From positions 1 through 33,585 of IMG/VR virus record IMGVR_UViG_3300030376_006181: a stretch of DNA of 33,585 nucleotides; one strand, given 5' to 3'. Of this stretch, positions 14,309 through 24,624 are shown in pieces. Each line of letters opens with the position of its first letter. Position 1 is the stretch's first letter. The notes below the pieces were generated by a model. That model was given only the letters and a program-made list of their open reading frames with translations, was not told the DNA's origin and made no database searches. The translations under genes and the position numbers were made by a program. The stretch is from a virus. Lineage: Duplodnaviria > Caudoviricetes.

Positions 14309-15754
14309 TTAAGTCAACCATTCCTTTAATTCTTCGCCTAAAACTTTTGCGGCAATGTCTATTTTATTACGAAGACTCTTAACAATCTTTTCATCGACAG
14401 TCTTCTCTGTCATTAAATCAATGTAAGTAACGCTCTTGGTCTGACCAATACGATGCGCTCTATCTTCTGATTGAATTCTTTTTTCTAAATCGTAGTTGTT
14501 AGAGTAATAAACAACAGTGCTTGCGGCAGTCAACGTCAAGCCGTAGCCGGCAGTCTGTTGATTACCTACAAAAAATCGCAAGGAATTGTCTGGATCCTGA
14601 AAGCGCTTGACAATCTCTTGCCTTTCCTTATCTGGTGTGTCACCAAAATAAGTTGATACACTATCGACCCCGTATTCCTTTTCTATCTCCTGTCTGATGT
14701 TACGAATATCTTGTCGATAGTTAGCCCATATAATAACTTTTCCATCTGTTTCAGCAAGTATATTCATTAATTCTTTTATACGATTATTTTTAAATGTCTG
14801 GATTTCTCCGTCTTCTCCTGTAAGATGTCCGCAACTAATTTGATGTAGTCGTAATAATTGTGTCATTACAGTAGGCGCCGTAACCAAACCACCCTTCTCA
14901 AGTTCTGCTAAAGCAAACTCTTTCATTGTTGAATACGCTTTCTTTTGTTCATCTGATAATTCAACAACTCTCTTCGTATAAACTTTAGGTGGTAGATCTA
15001 AACAATCTTCTTTCAATACTCTATAGGAATAAGGTTCTAACAATCCACTGAGCTCGCCCAAGTTTCGGTAACCAACAACTTTATTAAAGACGTGCGTACC
15101 AACATTTGTTTTTACTTGAATGCAGTATCTACTTTTAAAACTATAGTAAGAAGAAAATCCTAAGATCGCCGGATCAAGAAATTCACATTGTGAAAATAAA
15201 TCAATTGGATCTTTTGTAACAGGAGACCCTGTTAGAATTCTTTTAAACTTCGCAAGTGTACCAAGCTTTAAAATATTTTTTGTTTGTTGTGCTTTTGGAT
15301 TTTTTATCGTGGTGCTTTCATCTACCGCCATCAATGCACGATGACCATTTAGAAAGCGTTCCGCGAACCGTGCACCTTTAGTCGTACGAAGCGCTTCAAC
15401 ATTCATTAATAATATGTCGAGCGTTAGATCCTTCGGGTCCTTTATAATACTCTCTAACAATTCTTTCTCTGTCTTATTAGGAGTAGGTGTCCATGATACA
15501 ACATAAGGTTCAACGTGATCGGGCAAATGATTAGGTATCTCTTGTTTCTCCCAGTTACGATACACACCCTTCGGTGCAATAATAAGAGCACCATTAATAT
15601 GACCTTGATCATACAACATAGACATATTATCAATGAGAACTTTCGACTTACCTGTCCCCATTTCCATGAATAAACCATAGGATTCTTTCTCCCATGACTT
15701 TTCTAATGCAGTTTTTTGATGTGCATACGGCACAGTTTTAAATGGATAATCCAT
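14309..15754 (-). CDS. SNF2-family (SF2) helicase
   Basis: HQ, MEMGTGKS, DEST, LTGSP, GYGLTLT and QSEDRAHRIGQ motifs. Confidence 0.93.
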   Translation of the reverse strand: MDYPFKTVPYAHQKTALEKSWEKESYGLFMEMGTGKSKVLIDNMSMLYDQGHINGALIIAPKGVYRNWEKQEIPNHLPDHVEPYVVSWTPTPNKTEKELLESIIKDPKDLTLDILLMNVEALRTTKGARFAERFLNGHRALMAVDESTTIKNPKAQQTKNILKLGTLAKFKRILTGSPVTKDPIDLFSQCEFLDPAILGFSSYYSFKSRYCIQVKTNVGTHVFNKVVGYRNLGELSGLLEPYSYRVLKEDCLDLPPKVYTKRVVELSDEQKKAYSTMKEFALAELEKGGLVTAPTVMTQLLRLHQISCGHLTGEDGEIQTFKNNRIKELMNILAETDGKVIIWANYRQDIRNIRQEIEKEYGVDSVSTYFGDTPDKERQEIVKRFQDPDNSLRFFVGNQQTAGYGLTLTAASTVVYYSNNYDLEKRIQSEDRAHRIGQTKSVTYIDLMTEKTVDEKIVKSLRNKIDIAAKVLGEELKEWLT

Positions 15755-15848
15755 AGTTTTCTCCTCTAGTTAGTAATTTTTCTTTCTAAGTATGCATTTA
15801 ATGCTTGATTTATTTTTTTGCAAGGACTAAATGGAGAAGGAGAAAGCT

Positions 15849-16155
15849 TATGACAGTTTATGTAGTACAAGAAAAACCAGGAGTAGATATGACAGATGCT
15901 CTTCGCTTTGGTAATTTCCAAGAGTTATTGCCAAGAAAAGATCAATTAATCATTAGTGCTAAGCCTGTTCTTTTTTCGCTTAAAAAAAAGTTAGAGAACT
16001 TTTCTGACAATGACTATATATTATGTCTAGGTGATCCATCCATCATTGCTGTGGTAGCATCGGTGGCGTCTAAAATGAATAGAGGAAAATATAAACTCTT
16101 GAAGTGGGACCGCATAGTAAAAAAATATTATCCCGTGGAGATAGACATCAACTAA
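15849..16155 (+). CDS. Conserved phage hypothetical protein in the replication module
   Basis: ATG 15849 after AAGGAG; motifs VYVVQE, DYIL..GDP and LLKWD. Confidence 0.75.
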
Positions 16156-16176
16156 ATAAATATAGGAGAAAGCTAT

Positions 16177-16728
16177 ATGTCATTATTTGAAGAAACTAAA
16201 AAAAATATCGATGACTTTAAACAGTCAGGCGATGATCGATTACGAACTTTAGGAGAGCGTTGTGAAGACCTTGAAGAAGTACGTGAAGATATAAAGACAG
16301 CGAAAGCAAAACTAAAAGCTTTGGAAGAAGATCAATTCAAATTAGAAAATGAATCTATTCCAACATTGCTAGAGGAATTGAATATGAAGTCTGTCACACT
16401 TACAACAGGAACAAAAGTTTCTGTAGAAGAAGTGTATAAGGCACATATAAGTGAAGACAATAAACCCGATGCGTTTGCATGGTTAAGAGAAAATGGGTTT
16501 GACGATATAATTAAAAATGATATTGTCGTGACCTTTGGAAGAGGAGAAGAAGACAACGCTACTGATTTGTATCAGAGATTGCGCGATGAAGGGCAAGCTC
16601 CAATACAGAAGAGCGGTGTTCATGCCTCTACCTTAAAAGCTTTTGTTAAGGAGCAAATACAAAAAGGTGTTGATTTGCCCCAAGACAAATTTGGTGTCTA
16701 TGTAACCAACAAAGTGAAAATTACATAG
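16177..16728 (+). CDS. Conserved phage replication-module protein (coiled-coil N-terminus)
   Basis: 183 aa with an AGGAG RBS; motifs 'AF.WLRENG.DDIIKN' and 'VH.STLKAFVKE'. Confidence 0.8.
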   Translation: MSLFEETKKNIDDFKQSGDDRLRTLGERCEDLEEVREDIKTAKAKLKALEEDQFKLENESIPTLLEELNMKSVTLTTGTKVSVEEVYKAHISEDNKPDAFAWLRENGFDDIIKNDIVVTFGRGEEDNATDLYQRLRDEGQAPIQKSGVHASTLKAFVKEQIQKGVDLPQDKFGVYVTNKVKIT

Positions 16729-16756
16729 TGAAACTTGAAAACTGAAAGAGGAAATT

Positions 16757-17551
16757 ATGGCGAAGAATGCTATGACGACTAAGAAAGAAACAAAAGAGGT
16801 AGCACAGGTTATCCCTTTTGAAAACTTTGGATCAATGGGTTTTGATACTATTGATACACAAGACTACGCTACACCAAGGCTTAAAGCTTTGATGGCATTA
16901 TCTCCAGAGGTACAGGATGAGACTGTTCCTGGAGCAAAGGCTGGCATGATATACAACAGCGTGACAGAAGAATTGTACAGTGGTGAAACTGGCATTCGTG
17001 TTATCCCTTGTGGCTTCGCAAGAGAATACGTTGAATGGTCTAACATCGGTACAGGATCTAATGCACCTGTTAATGTCTATCCCGCAACTTCAGATATTCT
17101 CTCACAAACAACGAGAGACAATATGAATAAAGATAGACTGGAGAATGGTAATTACATTGAAACATGTGCTAATCATTTTCTCTATGTTCTAAATGACAAC
17201 GAGGCATCTTCAGGAATGTTAGGTGCACCTTGTGTTATCACACTCAAATCAACAGGGTATAAACGAAGTAAGAAATTTAATTCTCTTATTCGTTCCGTGA
17301 TCCCTTCTGCGTGGCCAATGTTTTCTGGTATCTTTAAAGTTACCACAACAAAACAGAAAAACGACAAAGGAACATGGCACTCTTTTGATTTTGCTTTCGA
17401 TCGATTACTCGATCAAGGTAATGAAAAGGACATTGCAATCTTTAATTCTGCGAAAACTTTTGCTGAAACCGTTTCTAAGGGTGAGGCTAAAGTATCACAG
17501 GAAAGAGGAGAAGGCAATGCGACTACGACGGAAGAAGCTGTTCCGTTTTAG
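16757..17551 (+). CDS. Putative single-stranded DNA-binding protein
   Basis: Located upstream of the primase, with an acidic tail ending EEAVPF and an 'N.KG.W' motif. Confidence 0.6.
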   Translation: MAKNAMTTKKETKEVAQVIPFENFGSMGFDTIDTQDYATPRLKALMALSPEVQDETVPGAKAGMIYNSVTEELYSGETGIRVIPCGFAREYVEWSNIGTGSNAPVNVYPATSDILSQTTRDNMNKDRLENGNYIETCANHFLYVLNDNEASSGMLGAPCVITLKSTGYKRSKKFNSLIRSVIPSAWPMFSGIFKVTTTKQKNDKGTWHSFDFAFDRLLDQGNEKDIAIFNSAKTFAETVSKGEAKVSQERGEGNATTTEEAVPF

Positions 17552-17557
17552 GTAGCG

Positions 17558-17598
17558 AAGAGGGGGCTCCTTTCCGAGCGGGGCCCTCTTTTATTTTT
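17558..17598 (+). terminator. Rho-independent terminator
   Basis: AAGAGGG..GCTC/GAGC..CCCTCTT followed by TTATTTTT. Confidence 0.7.
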
Positions 17599-17608
17599 AA
17601 AGGGTGTT

Positions 17609-19204
17609 ATGAACGTAGAAAAATTTATAGAAATATTTTCAGGATTAGAAAGAGCCTATGGTTCTTATGAGCCTGATGGAAATGTAAGATCGGATGGTAA
17701 AAAAGGTGGTAAAGCTTTTATTAACAAGCGATTAGTTACAAAAGAATTATGGGTTAATCATTTACAAGGAAAACAAAGTTTAGGAATTATACCAATCACA
17801 GACAACTCTACTTGTAGGTGGGGATGTATTGATATTGATGTGTATGAAGGGTTTGATCACAGCATATTAATTAAACAAATAGAAAAAAATAAATTACCTG
17901 TTGTTGTTTGCAGATCAAAGAGCGGCGGTGCACATATATTTATTTTTACTACTGAACCAATCTCTGCAAAATTAATGCGATTAAAACTTCATGAGTTTAG
18001 AGCTCTACTTAATTACGGCGATGCAGAAGTTTTTCCAAAACAAACAGAGCTAGATACAGAGAGAGGGGACACAGGTAACTTTTTAAACCTTCCTTACTTT
18101 GATGGGGATAGATCGGTGCGTTATGGTTTTAACGGAAAAGCTGAATCACTATCAGTAGATGAGTTTATAGATTTTGTTCAAACAAAAATAATTTCAGAGA
18201 AAGATTTAAAATCATTTAAGTTAAAAAAAAGAAAAACAAAAGAAGAGCCAGAGGGTTTACTAGCAGATGGTCCACCTTGTTTACAAGGCTTGGCTCAGGA
18301 TAAAATTCAAAAAGGAATGCGTAATGAATGTATGTTTCAATATTCTGTTTATGCAAAAAAGAAATGGGCAAATGAAAACTGGCAGAGTAAGGTGCACAGT
18401 TTTAACACATTAGAAAACTTCACAGAAATTTTAGATTACAGAGAAACCGATACCGTTATCAAAGAACAAGAGAAAAAAGATTACGGATATAAATGTAAAA
18501 CAGAACCATTTAAAGGACGATGTAATAGAACAGAATGCCGTGCTCGTAAATGGGGTATTGGTGATTTCTTTGAACCGCAGATTTCTGGTTTACAAAAATA
18601 TGAAACAGATGATCCTCAATGGTATTTAAATTTTACAATTTATACTGATGAAGGAGAAGAGGTTAGACGAATTAAATGCAACACGGAAGAATTATTTGAT
18701 CAAAGAAAATTTAGAAAAAAATGTATGGATGTTTTAACTGTGTTGCCTGATGCGATGGGGGGAGACGACTGGACTAAAAAACTACAGACGTTGATGGCTG
18801 ATGCAGATGTAATTAAAATGGAAGAAGAAATATCTAAAGGTGGTCAGTTTGATCAACACTTAAAATCTTTCTTAACAGATCAAGGTATCTCTGATGATGT
18901 AAGAGATCTATTAGTTGGTAATCCTGTTCGTAAAAGAATCAATATTAAGAATGATGAAGATCAAACAGAAGAGATTGATGCTATCTTGTTTAATCCAAAA
19001 GATGTTGTTGATTATTGCACAAAGAAAAAATTTACAGCGCTAGATCAAACAAGAATGATATTAAGAATAAAAGAATCTTTTAAAGGAGATAGTCATAAAC
19101 TTAGTGTCGATAATAATAAAAAATATGTTTGGTTTGTTCCTGATGATTTTCAAAAACCTAAAGATATTGAGATACCAGACATGAAGAAAGCAGAACCGTT
19201 TTGA
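17609..19204 (+). CDS. DNA primase, archaeo-eukaryotic primase (AEP) superfamily
   Basis: Motif I CIDID, motif II RSKSGGAH, EVFPKQ, GNFLNLPY, then a PPC...G.RN PriCT-like region and a Cys cluster. Confidence 0.85.
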   Translation: MNVEKFIEIFSGLERAYGSYEPDGNVRSDGKKGGKAFINKRLVTKELWVNHLQGKQSLGIIPITDNSTCRWGCIDIDVYEGFDHSILIKQIEKNKLPVVVCRSKSGGAHIFIFTTEPISAKLMRLKLHEFRALLNYGDAEVFPKQTELDTERGDTGNFLNLPYFDGDRSVRYGFNGKAESLSVDEFIDFVQTKIISEKDLKSFKLKKRKTKEEPEGLLADGPPCLQGLAQDKIQKGMRNECMFQYSVYAKKKWANENWQSKVHSFNTLENFTEILDYRETDTVIKEQEKKDYGYKCKTEPFKGRCNRTECRARKWGIGDFFEPQISGLQKYETDDPQWYLNFTIYTDEGEEVRRIKCNTEELFDQRKFRKKCMDVLTVLPDAMGGDDWTKKLQTLMADADVIKMEEEISKGGQFDQHLKSFLTDQGISDDVRDLLVGNPVRKRINIKNDEDQTEEIDAILFNPKDVVDYCTKKKFTALDQTRMILRIKESFKGDSHKLSVDNNKKYVWFVPDDFQKPKDIEIPDMKKAEPF

Positions 19205-20739
19205 CCACTAAAAAAATATTCGGGCCCCCTGGCACAGGTAAGACACATACTCTTTTAAGTATTGTAGAAGAAGCTTTAGATAATGGAATAGAACCAAATA
19301 AAATTGGATATTTTTCTTTTACACAAAAAGCAGCGAAGGAAGCTATCTCGCGAGCCGTGGACCGTTTCCCACAATACGATAAAAAAGATTTTAAATATTT
19401 TAGAACGCTACATAGTTTAGCATACATAGAACTCGGTCTTGGAAATGATTCAATGATGGATGATGATGATTACAAAGAGCTCTCTGATAAATTAAATATA
19501 AAAGTTTCTAATCCTAATCAAAAACTAAAACAGTACGGAGTGAGCTGGCAAGATGATGCGTACTTACAGGTTTATGATTTATCGCGTATTAAACAAGTTA
19601 GTCTTGAACATCAGTTCATGCAACCTGACACACCGTTTTTAAAAGACGGAGAAATTAAATTAAGAAAAATTGCTCGGGGCTTTGAACAGTATAAAAAAGA
19701 TAACAAATTCATGGACTTCACCGACATGATTATAGAGTACACAAAAAGAAAAGTAACTCCTCGTTTTGAAGTTTTAATTATTGATGAGGCGCAAGATCTT
19801 AGTAGCATTCAATGGGATCTGGTTGAACTACTATCACGTTCTTCTAAATCTGTTTACATTGCCGGGGATGATGACCAAGCAGTTTTTAAATGGGCGGGCG
19901 CAAGCCCAGAAAGATTTCTTAGATTAAAAGGTGAGCAAGTTATTTTAAATCAATCGTACCGTGTTCCGTTAGCCGTGCAAGAGAAAGCGGTAAACATTAT
20001 AAATAGAATTCCTGAGAATGAACGTGTTATGAAAAATTGGAACCCTCGTGATTTTCAAGGACTTTATAAAAAACACAATTTTGTTTTCTTTAATAATTTT
20101 AATTTACATAATAATGATTGGTTAATTTTAGCCAGGACAAAATATCATTTAGATAACGTAGAAAAAGAATTAAAAAAAACAGGAGTCTTTTATTCTCGTT
20201 ATGATAAAAAATCTATTTCTGATCGACTATTAAATGCGATTATTTCATGGACTGATATTTCAAGAGGAAAATCAGTGTCTCTAAAATCAGTAAAAGATAT
20301 GTATAGCTACATGAAAGTAGACGAAGATGTTGCGCACGGGTTTAAAACAATGCCTAGAGCATCAGATACAGCGCAATACACCTATGAAGATTTAAAAAAT
20401 AACTATGGATTACTCGCAAAAAAAGATATGATATGGCGAGAATCAATGTCTGACATATCAGACAGTAAAGCACAGTACGTAAAAAAAATGTTGGAGAATA
20501 AACAAAACTTAAAAAAAGATCCTGATGTACGCCTCTCTACTATACATGCTTCAAAAGGTGGGCAAGCATCAAACGTGTTGTTATTTTCTGACACGTCTTC
20601 AAAAGCAGACGAAGCTTACAGACGAAATAAAAGTGATGAAAGAAGAGTTTTTTATGTAGGAATGACAAGAGCAAAAGAACAACTGCACGTAGTTCGTTCA
20701 GAAACAATGTATGAGTTTGGAGAATTGTTTTGGAGTTAA
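19201..20739 (+). CDS. SF1 UvrD/Rep-family helicase
   Basis: GPPGTGKT, FTQKAA, TLHS, IDEAQD, GDDDQ, QSYR, STIHASKG and ERRVFYVGMTRAK motifs. Confidence 0.93.
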   Translation: MTTKKIFGPPGTGKTHTLLSIVEEALDNGIEPNKIGYFSFTQKAAKEAISRAVDRFPQYDKKDFKYFRTLHSLAYIELGLGNDSMMDDDDYKELSDKLNIKVSNPNQKLKQYGVSWQDDAYLQVYDLSRIKQVSLEHQFMQPDTPFLKDGEIKLRKIARGFEQYKKDNKFMDFTDMIIEYTKRKVTPRFEVLIIDEAQDLSSIQWDLVELLSRSSKSVYIAGDDDQAVFKWAGASPERFLRLKGEQVILNQSYRVPLAVQEKAVNIINRIPENERVMKNWNPRDFQGLYKKHNFVFFNNFNLHNNDWLILARTKYHLDNVEKELKKTGVFYSRYDKKSISDRLLNAIISWTDISRGKSVSLKSVKDMYSYMKVDEDVAHGFKTMPRASDTAQYTYEDLKNNYGLLAKKDMIWRESMSDISDSKAQYVKKMLENKQNLKKDPDVRLSTIHASKGGQASNVLLFSDTSSKADEAYRRNKSDERRVFYVGMTRAKEQLHVVRSETMYEFGELFWS

Positions 20740-20921
20740 AAGAATTTAAAAAACATACAAGAACAACTCTGCGCGGTGTTCAAGAATGCCTATATAAACT
20801 GCCCCAACTTAAACGCCCTGATGTTGAGCGCTATCTAAAACTGGCGGTATTAGATTTGCAACTTGTGCTTAATGAGATACGAGCGTTGGAAAGTAAATAT
20901 GGCGAAGAAAAAAAGAAGTAA
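20730..20921 (+). CDS. Hypothetical protein
   Basis: 63-aa ORF with a TTG start and a GGAG RBS, bridging the helicase and polymerase genes. Confidence 0.55.
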   Translation: MELKEFKKHTRTTLRGVQECLYKLPQLKRPDVERYLKLAVLDLQLVLNEIRALESKYGEEKKK

Positions 20922-22800
20922 AAGCACTTTACAAATTCCATTTCCGGAATTTAATTTTAAAAGAGAATTAGATTGGGCTCCTCCAGAAACTCTGCCTGAT
21001 TTGTCTGACGCAAAAGAAATAGCGATAGATTTAGAAACTAAAGACAATGGGTTAGGTACAGGCGTTGGTCCTGGTTGGGCTACTAAAAATGGATACCCAA
21101 TAGGTATAGCCGTAGCCGTTGAAGGATGGAAAGGGTATTTTCCTATTGCTCATGAAGGTGGCGGTAACATGGATAAGAATTTAGTTCTTCGTTACATGAA
21201 AGAAATTTTAAAACTACCTTGCGATAAAGTTTTTCACAATGCTATTTATGATGTTGGTTGGATGCATGCTTTAGATTTGCAAGTAAATGGTCGTATCATA
21301 GACACATTGATTGCCGCTCCATTAGTTGATGAAAACAGATATCGTTACACTCTTGATGATTTAGGAAAAGAATATGTTGGAGAAAAAAAATCACAACATG
21401 ATTTATACGAGGCCGCAAAAGAATGGGGGGTAAATCCAAAAACAGAAATGTGGAGACTTCCTCCAATGTACGTTGGCCCTTATGCTGAACAAGATGCGGC
21501 TCTGACGTTGAAACTATGGGGCGCTTTAAAAACAAAAATTATACAAGATGATTTATTAGATGTTTTTAAATTGGAGTCTGACTTATTCCCTGTATTATTT
21601 GAAATGAAAAAACAAGGAGTACGCATTGACTTGGATAAAGCTGAAGCTACAAAAAAAGATTTGTATAAACAAGAGCAAGGAATTCTTAAAAAGATTCATG
21701 ACATCTCTGGCATGCATGTTGATATATGGGCAGCAGCTTCTGTTGCAAAAGCTTTTGATGCTCAAGGAATTGAGTATGATAAAACTGAAAAAACAAAACA
21801 AGCAAAATTGGATAAAGAGTTTTTGGTATCTCATCCTAGTGATTTGGCTAGGTTGGTTGTTAGGGCTCGTGAGATTAATAAAGCGAGAACCACCTTCATC
21901 GATAGTATACTCAAGCATTCGCACAGAGGGAGGATTTTCGCTGAAGTTAACCAAATGCGTAACGAGCAAGGAGGAACTATATCGGGACGTCTTTCCATGC
22001 AGAATCCAAACTTACAACAAATCCCGGCAAGAGATGAAGAAATAGGTCCATTAATTAGAAGTTTATTTATTCCTGAAGAAGGAACGACGTGGGGTTGTTT
22101 TGATTATTCGCAACAGGAACCGCGATTGTTAGTTCATTATGCATCTGTCTTAAAACAAGAAGGTTCTGAAACATTAGTAAATGGATACCGTGAGGGTGAC
22201 ATAGACTTTCATCAAGTGGTTGCAGATATGGCGGGCATAAAACGTAAGCAAGCTAAAACAATTAATCTTGGTATGATGTATGGTATGGGTAAAGCAAAAC
22301 TAGCTGATCAATTAAATTTAAGTTTAAGGGAGGCGGAAGAACTCTTTACTAAATATCATTCTAATGTTCCTTTTGTTCGAGCAATTAGTAAACGGGCAAT
22401 GAAACTAGCGGGGGACAGAGGATATATTAGAACGTTAAAAGGTCGTAAGTGTCGTTTTGATTTATGGGAACCTTTAGAATTCGGTGCGGGCTTGCCTTTA
22501 CCAAGAAATGAAGCCGCCGCTAAGTATGGTGGATTTAGTCAGTTAAAAAGAGGTTGGACATACAAAGCGTTAAACAGATTAATACAAGGAGGTTCAGCTG
22601 ATCAAACAAAACAAGCAATGGTGTCTTTGTATGATGAAGGATTTTTACCTATGATACAAGTTCATGATGAAGTTGATATTTCTGTAGAGAATGAAAAACA
22701 AGCAGAAAAGATAAAAGAAATCATGCAAACATGCGTGGAATTAAATGTTCCTAGTGTAGTTGATTATGAAAAAGGTGCATCGTGGGGCGAGATCAAATAG
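20899..22800 (+). CDS. polA: DNA polymerase, family A, with 3'-5' exonuclease
   Basis: Exo motifs IDLET, HNAIYD and YAEQD; polymerase motifs GRLS, NLQQIP, DYSQQEPR, RKQAKTINLGMMYG and QVHDE. Likely start ATG 20899. Confidence 0.95.
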   Translation: MAKKKRSKSTLQIPFPEFNFKRELDWAPPETLPDLSDAKEIAIDLETKDNGLGTGVGPGWATKNGYPIGIAVAVEGWKGYFPIAHEGGGNMDKNLVLRYMKEILKLPCDKVFHNAIYDVGWMHALDLQVNGRIIDTLIAAPLVDENRYRYTLDDLGKEYVGEKKSQHDLYEAAKEWGVNPKTEMWRLPPMYVGPYAEQDAALTLKLWGALKTKIIQDDLLDVFKLESDLFPVLFEMKKQGVRIDLDKAEATKKDLYKQEQGILKKIHDISGMHVDIWAAASVAKAFDAQGIEYDKTEKTKQAKLDKEFLVSHPSDLARLVVRAREINKARTTFIDSILKHSHRGRIFAEVNQMRNEQGGTISGRLSMQNPNLQQIPARDEEIGPLIRSLFIPEEGTTWGCFDYSQQEPRLLVHYASVLKQEGSETLVNGYREGDIDFHQVVADMAGIKRKQAKTINLGMMYGMGKAKLADQLNLSLREAEELFTKYHSNVPFVRAISKRAMKLAGDRGYIRTLKGRKCRFDLWEPLEFGAGLPLPRNEAAAKYGGFSQLKRGWTYKALNRLIQGGSADQTKQAMVSLYDEGFLPMIQVHDEVDISVENEKQAEKIKEIMQTCVELNVPSVVDYEKGASWGEIK

Positions 22801-23315
22801 TAGATAAACGTTGCACGCGTTGTAATACGTATAAACGTTTGGAAGAGTTTGATAGAAAAAAAGAAAACAAAACAAATGGTCGTAAGTCTTGGTGTAAAGT
22901 TTGTGCAAGCAGACACAACAAAACGCGTTGGACTAATGGAAAAGGTGACAAAGATAAAGCTACCATAAGTGCAGATCCACGTAAGTTTTTTAATCATTGG
23001 TTAAAAGATGTGCAAAATCCTAAAAGTAAAAATAGGCATCCCGTTGATCCTAGTCTAACCGTTGACGATTTATTAAATCTATTTGAAAAACAAGATTATA
23101 GATGTGCTAAAACAGGAGTGTTGCTTACACATCTAAAAGGGCAAAGAAAAGTCAACACTAACGTATCTATTGACAGGATTGATAACAATTTAAAATTATA
23201 TACTTTAAGTAATATTCAACTAGTTTGTTATAGATATAACCTTATGAAGGGCGATATGACGGAAAAAGAACTTGATAAGTGGTGTAGAATAATTCTATTC
23301 TCTCCAGATGATTAA
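22782..23315 (+). CDS. HNH-like endonuclease with N-terminal zinc finger
   Basis: N-terminal CTRC...CKVC; C-terminal 'Q.YRCA.TG....SIDRID...Y...NIQLVC...N.MKG' beta-beta-alpha-Me pattern. Confidence 0.8.
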   Translation: MGRDQIVDKRCTRCNTYKRLEEFDRKKENKTNGRKSWCKVCASRHNKTRWTNGKGDKDKATISADPRKFFNHWLKDVQNPKSKNRHPVDPSLTVDDLLNLFEKQDYRCAKTGVLLTHLKGQRKVNTNVSIDRIDNNLKLYTLSNIQLVCYRYNLMKGDMTEKELDKWCRIILFSPDD

Positions 23316-23511
23316 AACTTTTATATTGGTAGTAAGCTTATGGGGCTACAATGGTAGCGCTTGGGTGTACACCGGTAATCAAATGGTGCTTAAAGAACCA
23401 ATGCCTAAAGAACAATGTGAAACAATTGCTAGTAATTGGCAAAAGTTTGAAATGAATAAATATTTTCGTTTTTCTATTGAGTGTATAGAAGATATTAGAA
23501 AAGAAACTTAA
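23308..23511 (+). CDS. Hypothetical protein
   Basis: 67 aa with a hydrophobic N-terminus and two Cys; overlaps the upstream gene. Confidence 0.6.
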   Translation: MIKTFILVVSLWGYNGSAWVYTGNQMVLKEPMPKEQCETIASNWQKFEMNKYFRFSIECIEDIRKET

Positions 23512-23708
23512 TCAATAGCTTGGTCTATTTTGTCATTAATAGCTACAACATTCGCTTCAATGACCGAGAGCCGTGCATCGATACGCAACATATCTAAATC
23601 TTTTATCTTACTTTCATTAGCAAAAACTCTATTCACTAACATTCCGTAACTATAGATTACAGTTACACCTGCGATTAGTATTGCAGTAATATTAATTTTA
23701 GATCTCAT
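23508..23708 (-). CDS. Small TM plus coiled-coil protein
   Basis: 66 aa; last gene of the minus-strand structural operon. Confidence 0.6.
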   Translation of the reverse strand: MRSKINITAILIAGVTVIYSYGMLVNRVFANESKIKDLDMLRIDARLSVIEANVVAINDKIDQAID

Positions 23709-24624
23709 ACATTATGCCTGCGTTATTTGGATCTAAACTAAGTGTAAGACTGCCTGGCAAATTAAACGGCGTTTCTGTTGTGTATCTTAATGACTTGTTG
23801 CCTATGTCTACATCTAATCCTTTATTATCATCAAGCTTTCTAAACCCTTGAACAATTGGATTGTCATCTAAACCAAAAGCGCCAATCCCGTCTTGAAAAT
23901 TACCAAATAGGTTTCCTAAATTAAGATTATTTGATTGATTTGGTGAAACAGCTCCTTGATCAATAAGAAGACCCAACCCATCATTTAAACTACCGGCGTT
24001 TATGAGTCTATATTCACCACTATTAACAGCATCTTCTACATTTGAAGCAACATTGAAATCACCCTCATTTGAGAAAATACCAGAGCCCTCAGCTGCTGCC
24101 ATGTTTTGCTCATCTAATGGATATCTTAACGCTGGCATGATACCATCTCCGCTATATGGAATGGGTTTATCTTCCATACCAAACATTTTCTTTATTGCTT
24201 GTACAGCGAATGGTCCTTGTTGCGCTGCTGTTTCTACAGGATACATTCTTTTCATTTCTCCTGGAAACTGATTTTGAAGTCTCTTGGTAGGGTTTAAAAA
24301 ATCTCTGTCTATAACGCTTTGACGTAACTCGCCTCCTTTTGTCGTAAGAACAGGACCGCCTGAACTTGTTCTTATATTTCCTTGTACTGTTAGTTCGTCA
24401 TCGCCCCCAAAAACCTGTTGTTTAACAGTGTTCATAGCAAGATCTTTAACAAACTTTTTTTGTCTTGATCTTAAATCTTTTGCCTGATCTGTATCACCGC
24501 TTGCAATAGCTTTGTTAATTCTTCTATCTAAACTACCAATACTTTGCTTAAGATTATCAGTCTTCTGTTGATAAGACTTACCATAACCTCCACCAGTTTT
24601 TGCTAAATAATCACCTCTTGCCAT
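23698..24624 (-). CDS. Putative virion-associated protein
   Basis: 308 aa, translationally coupled within the structural operon. Confidence 0.65.
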   Translation of the reverse strand: MARGDYLAKTGGGYGKSYQQKTDNLKQSIGSLDRRINKAIASGDTDQAKDLRSRQKKFVKDLAMNTVKQQVFGGDDELTVQGNIRTSSGGPVLTTKGGELRQSVIDRDFLNPTKRLQNQFPGEMKRMYPVETAAQQGPFAVQAIKKMFGMEDKPIPYSGDGIMPALRYPLDEQNMAAAEGSGIFSNEGDFNVASNVEDAVNSGEYRLINAGSLNDGLGLLIDQGAVSPNQSNNLNLGNLFGNFQDGIGAFGLDDNPIVQGFRKLDDNKGLDVDIGNKSLRYTTETPFNLPGSLTLSLDPNNAGIMYEI

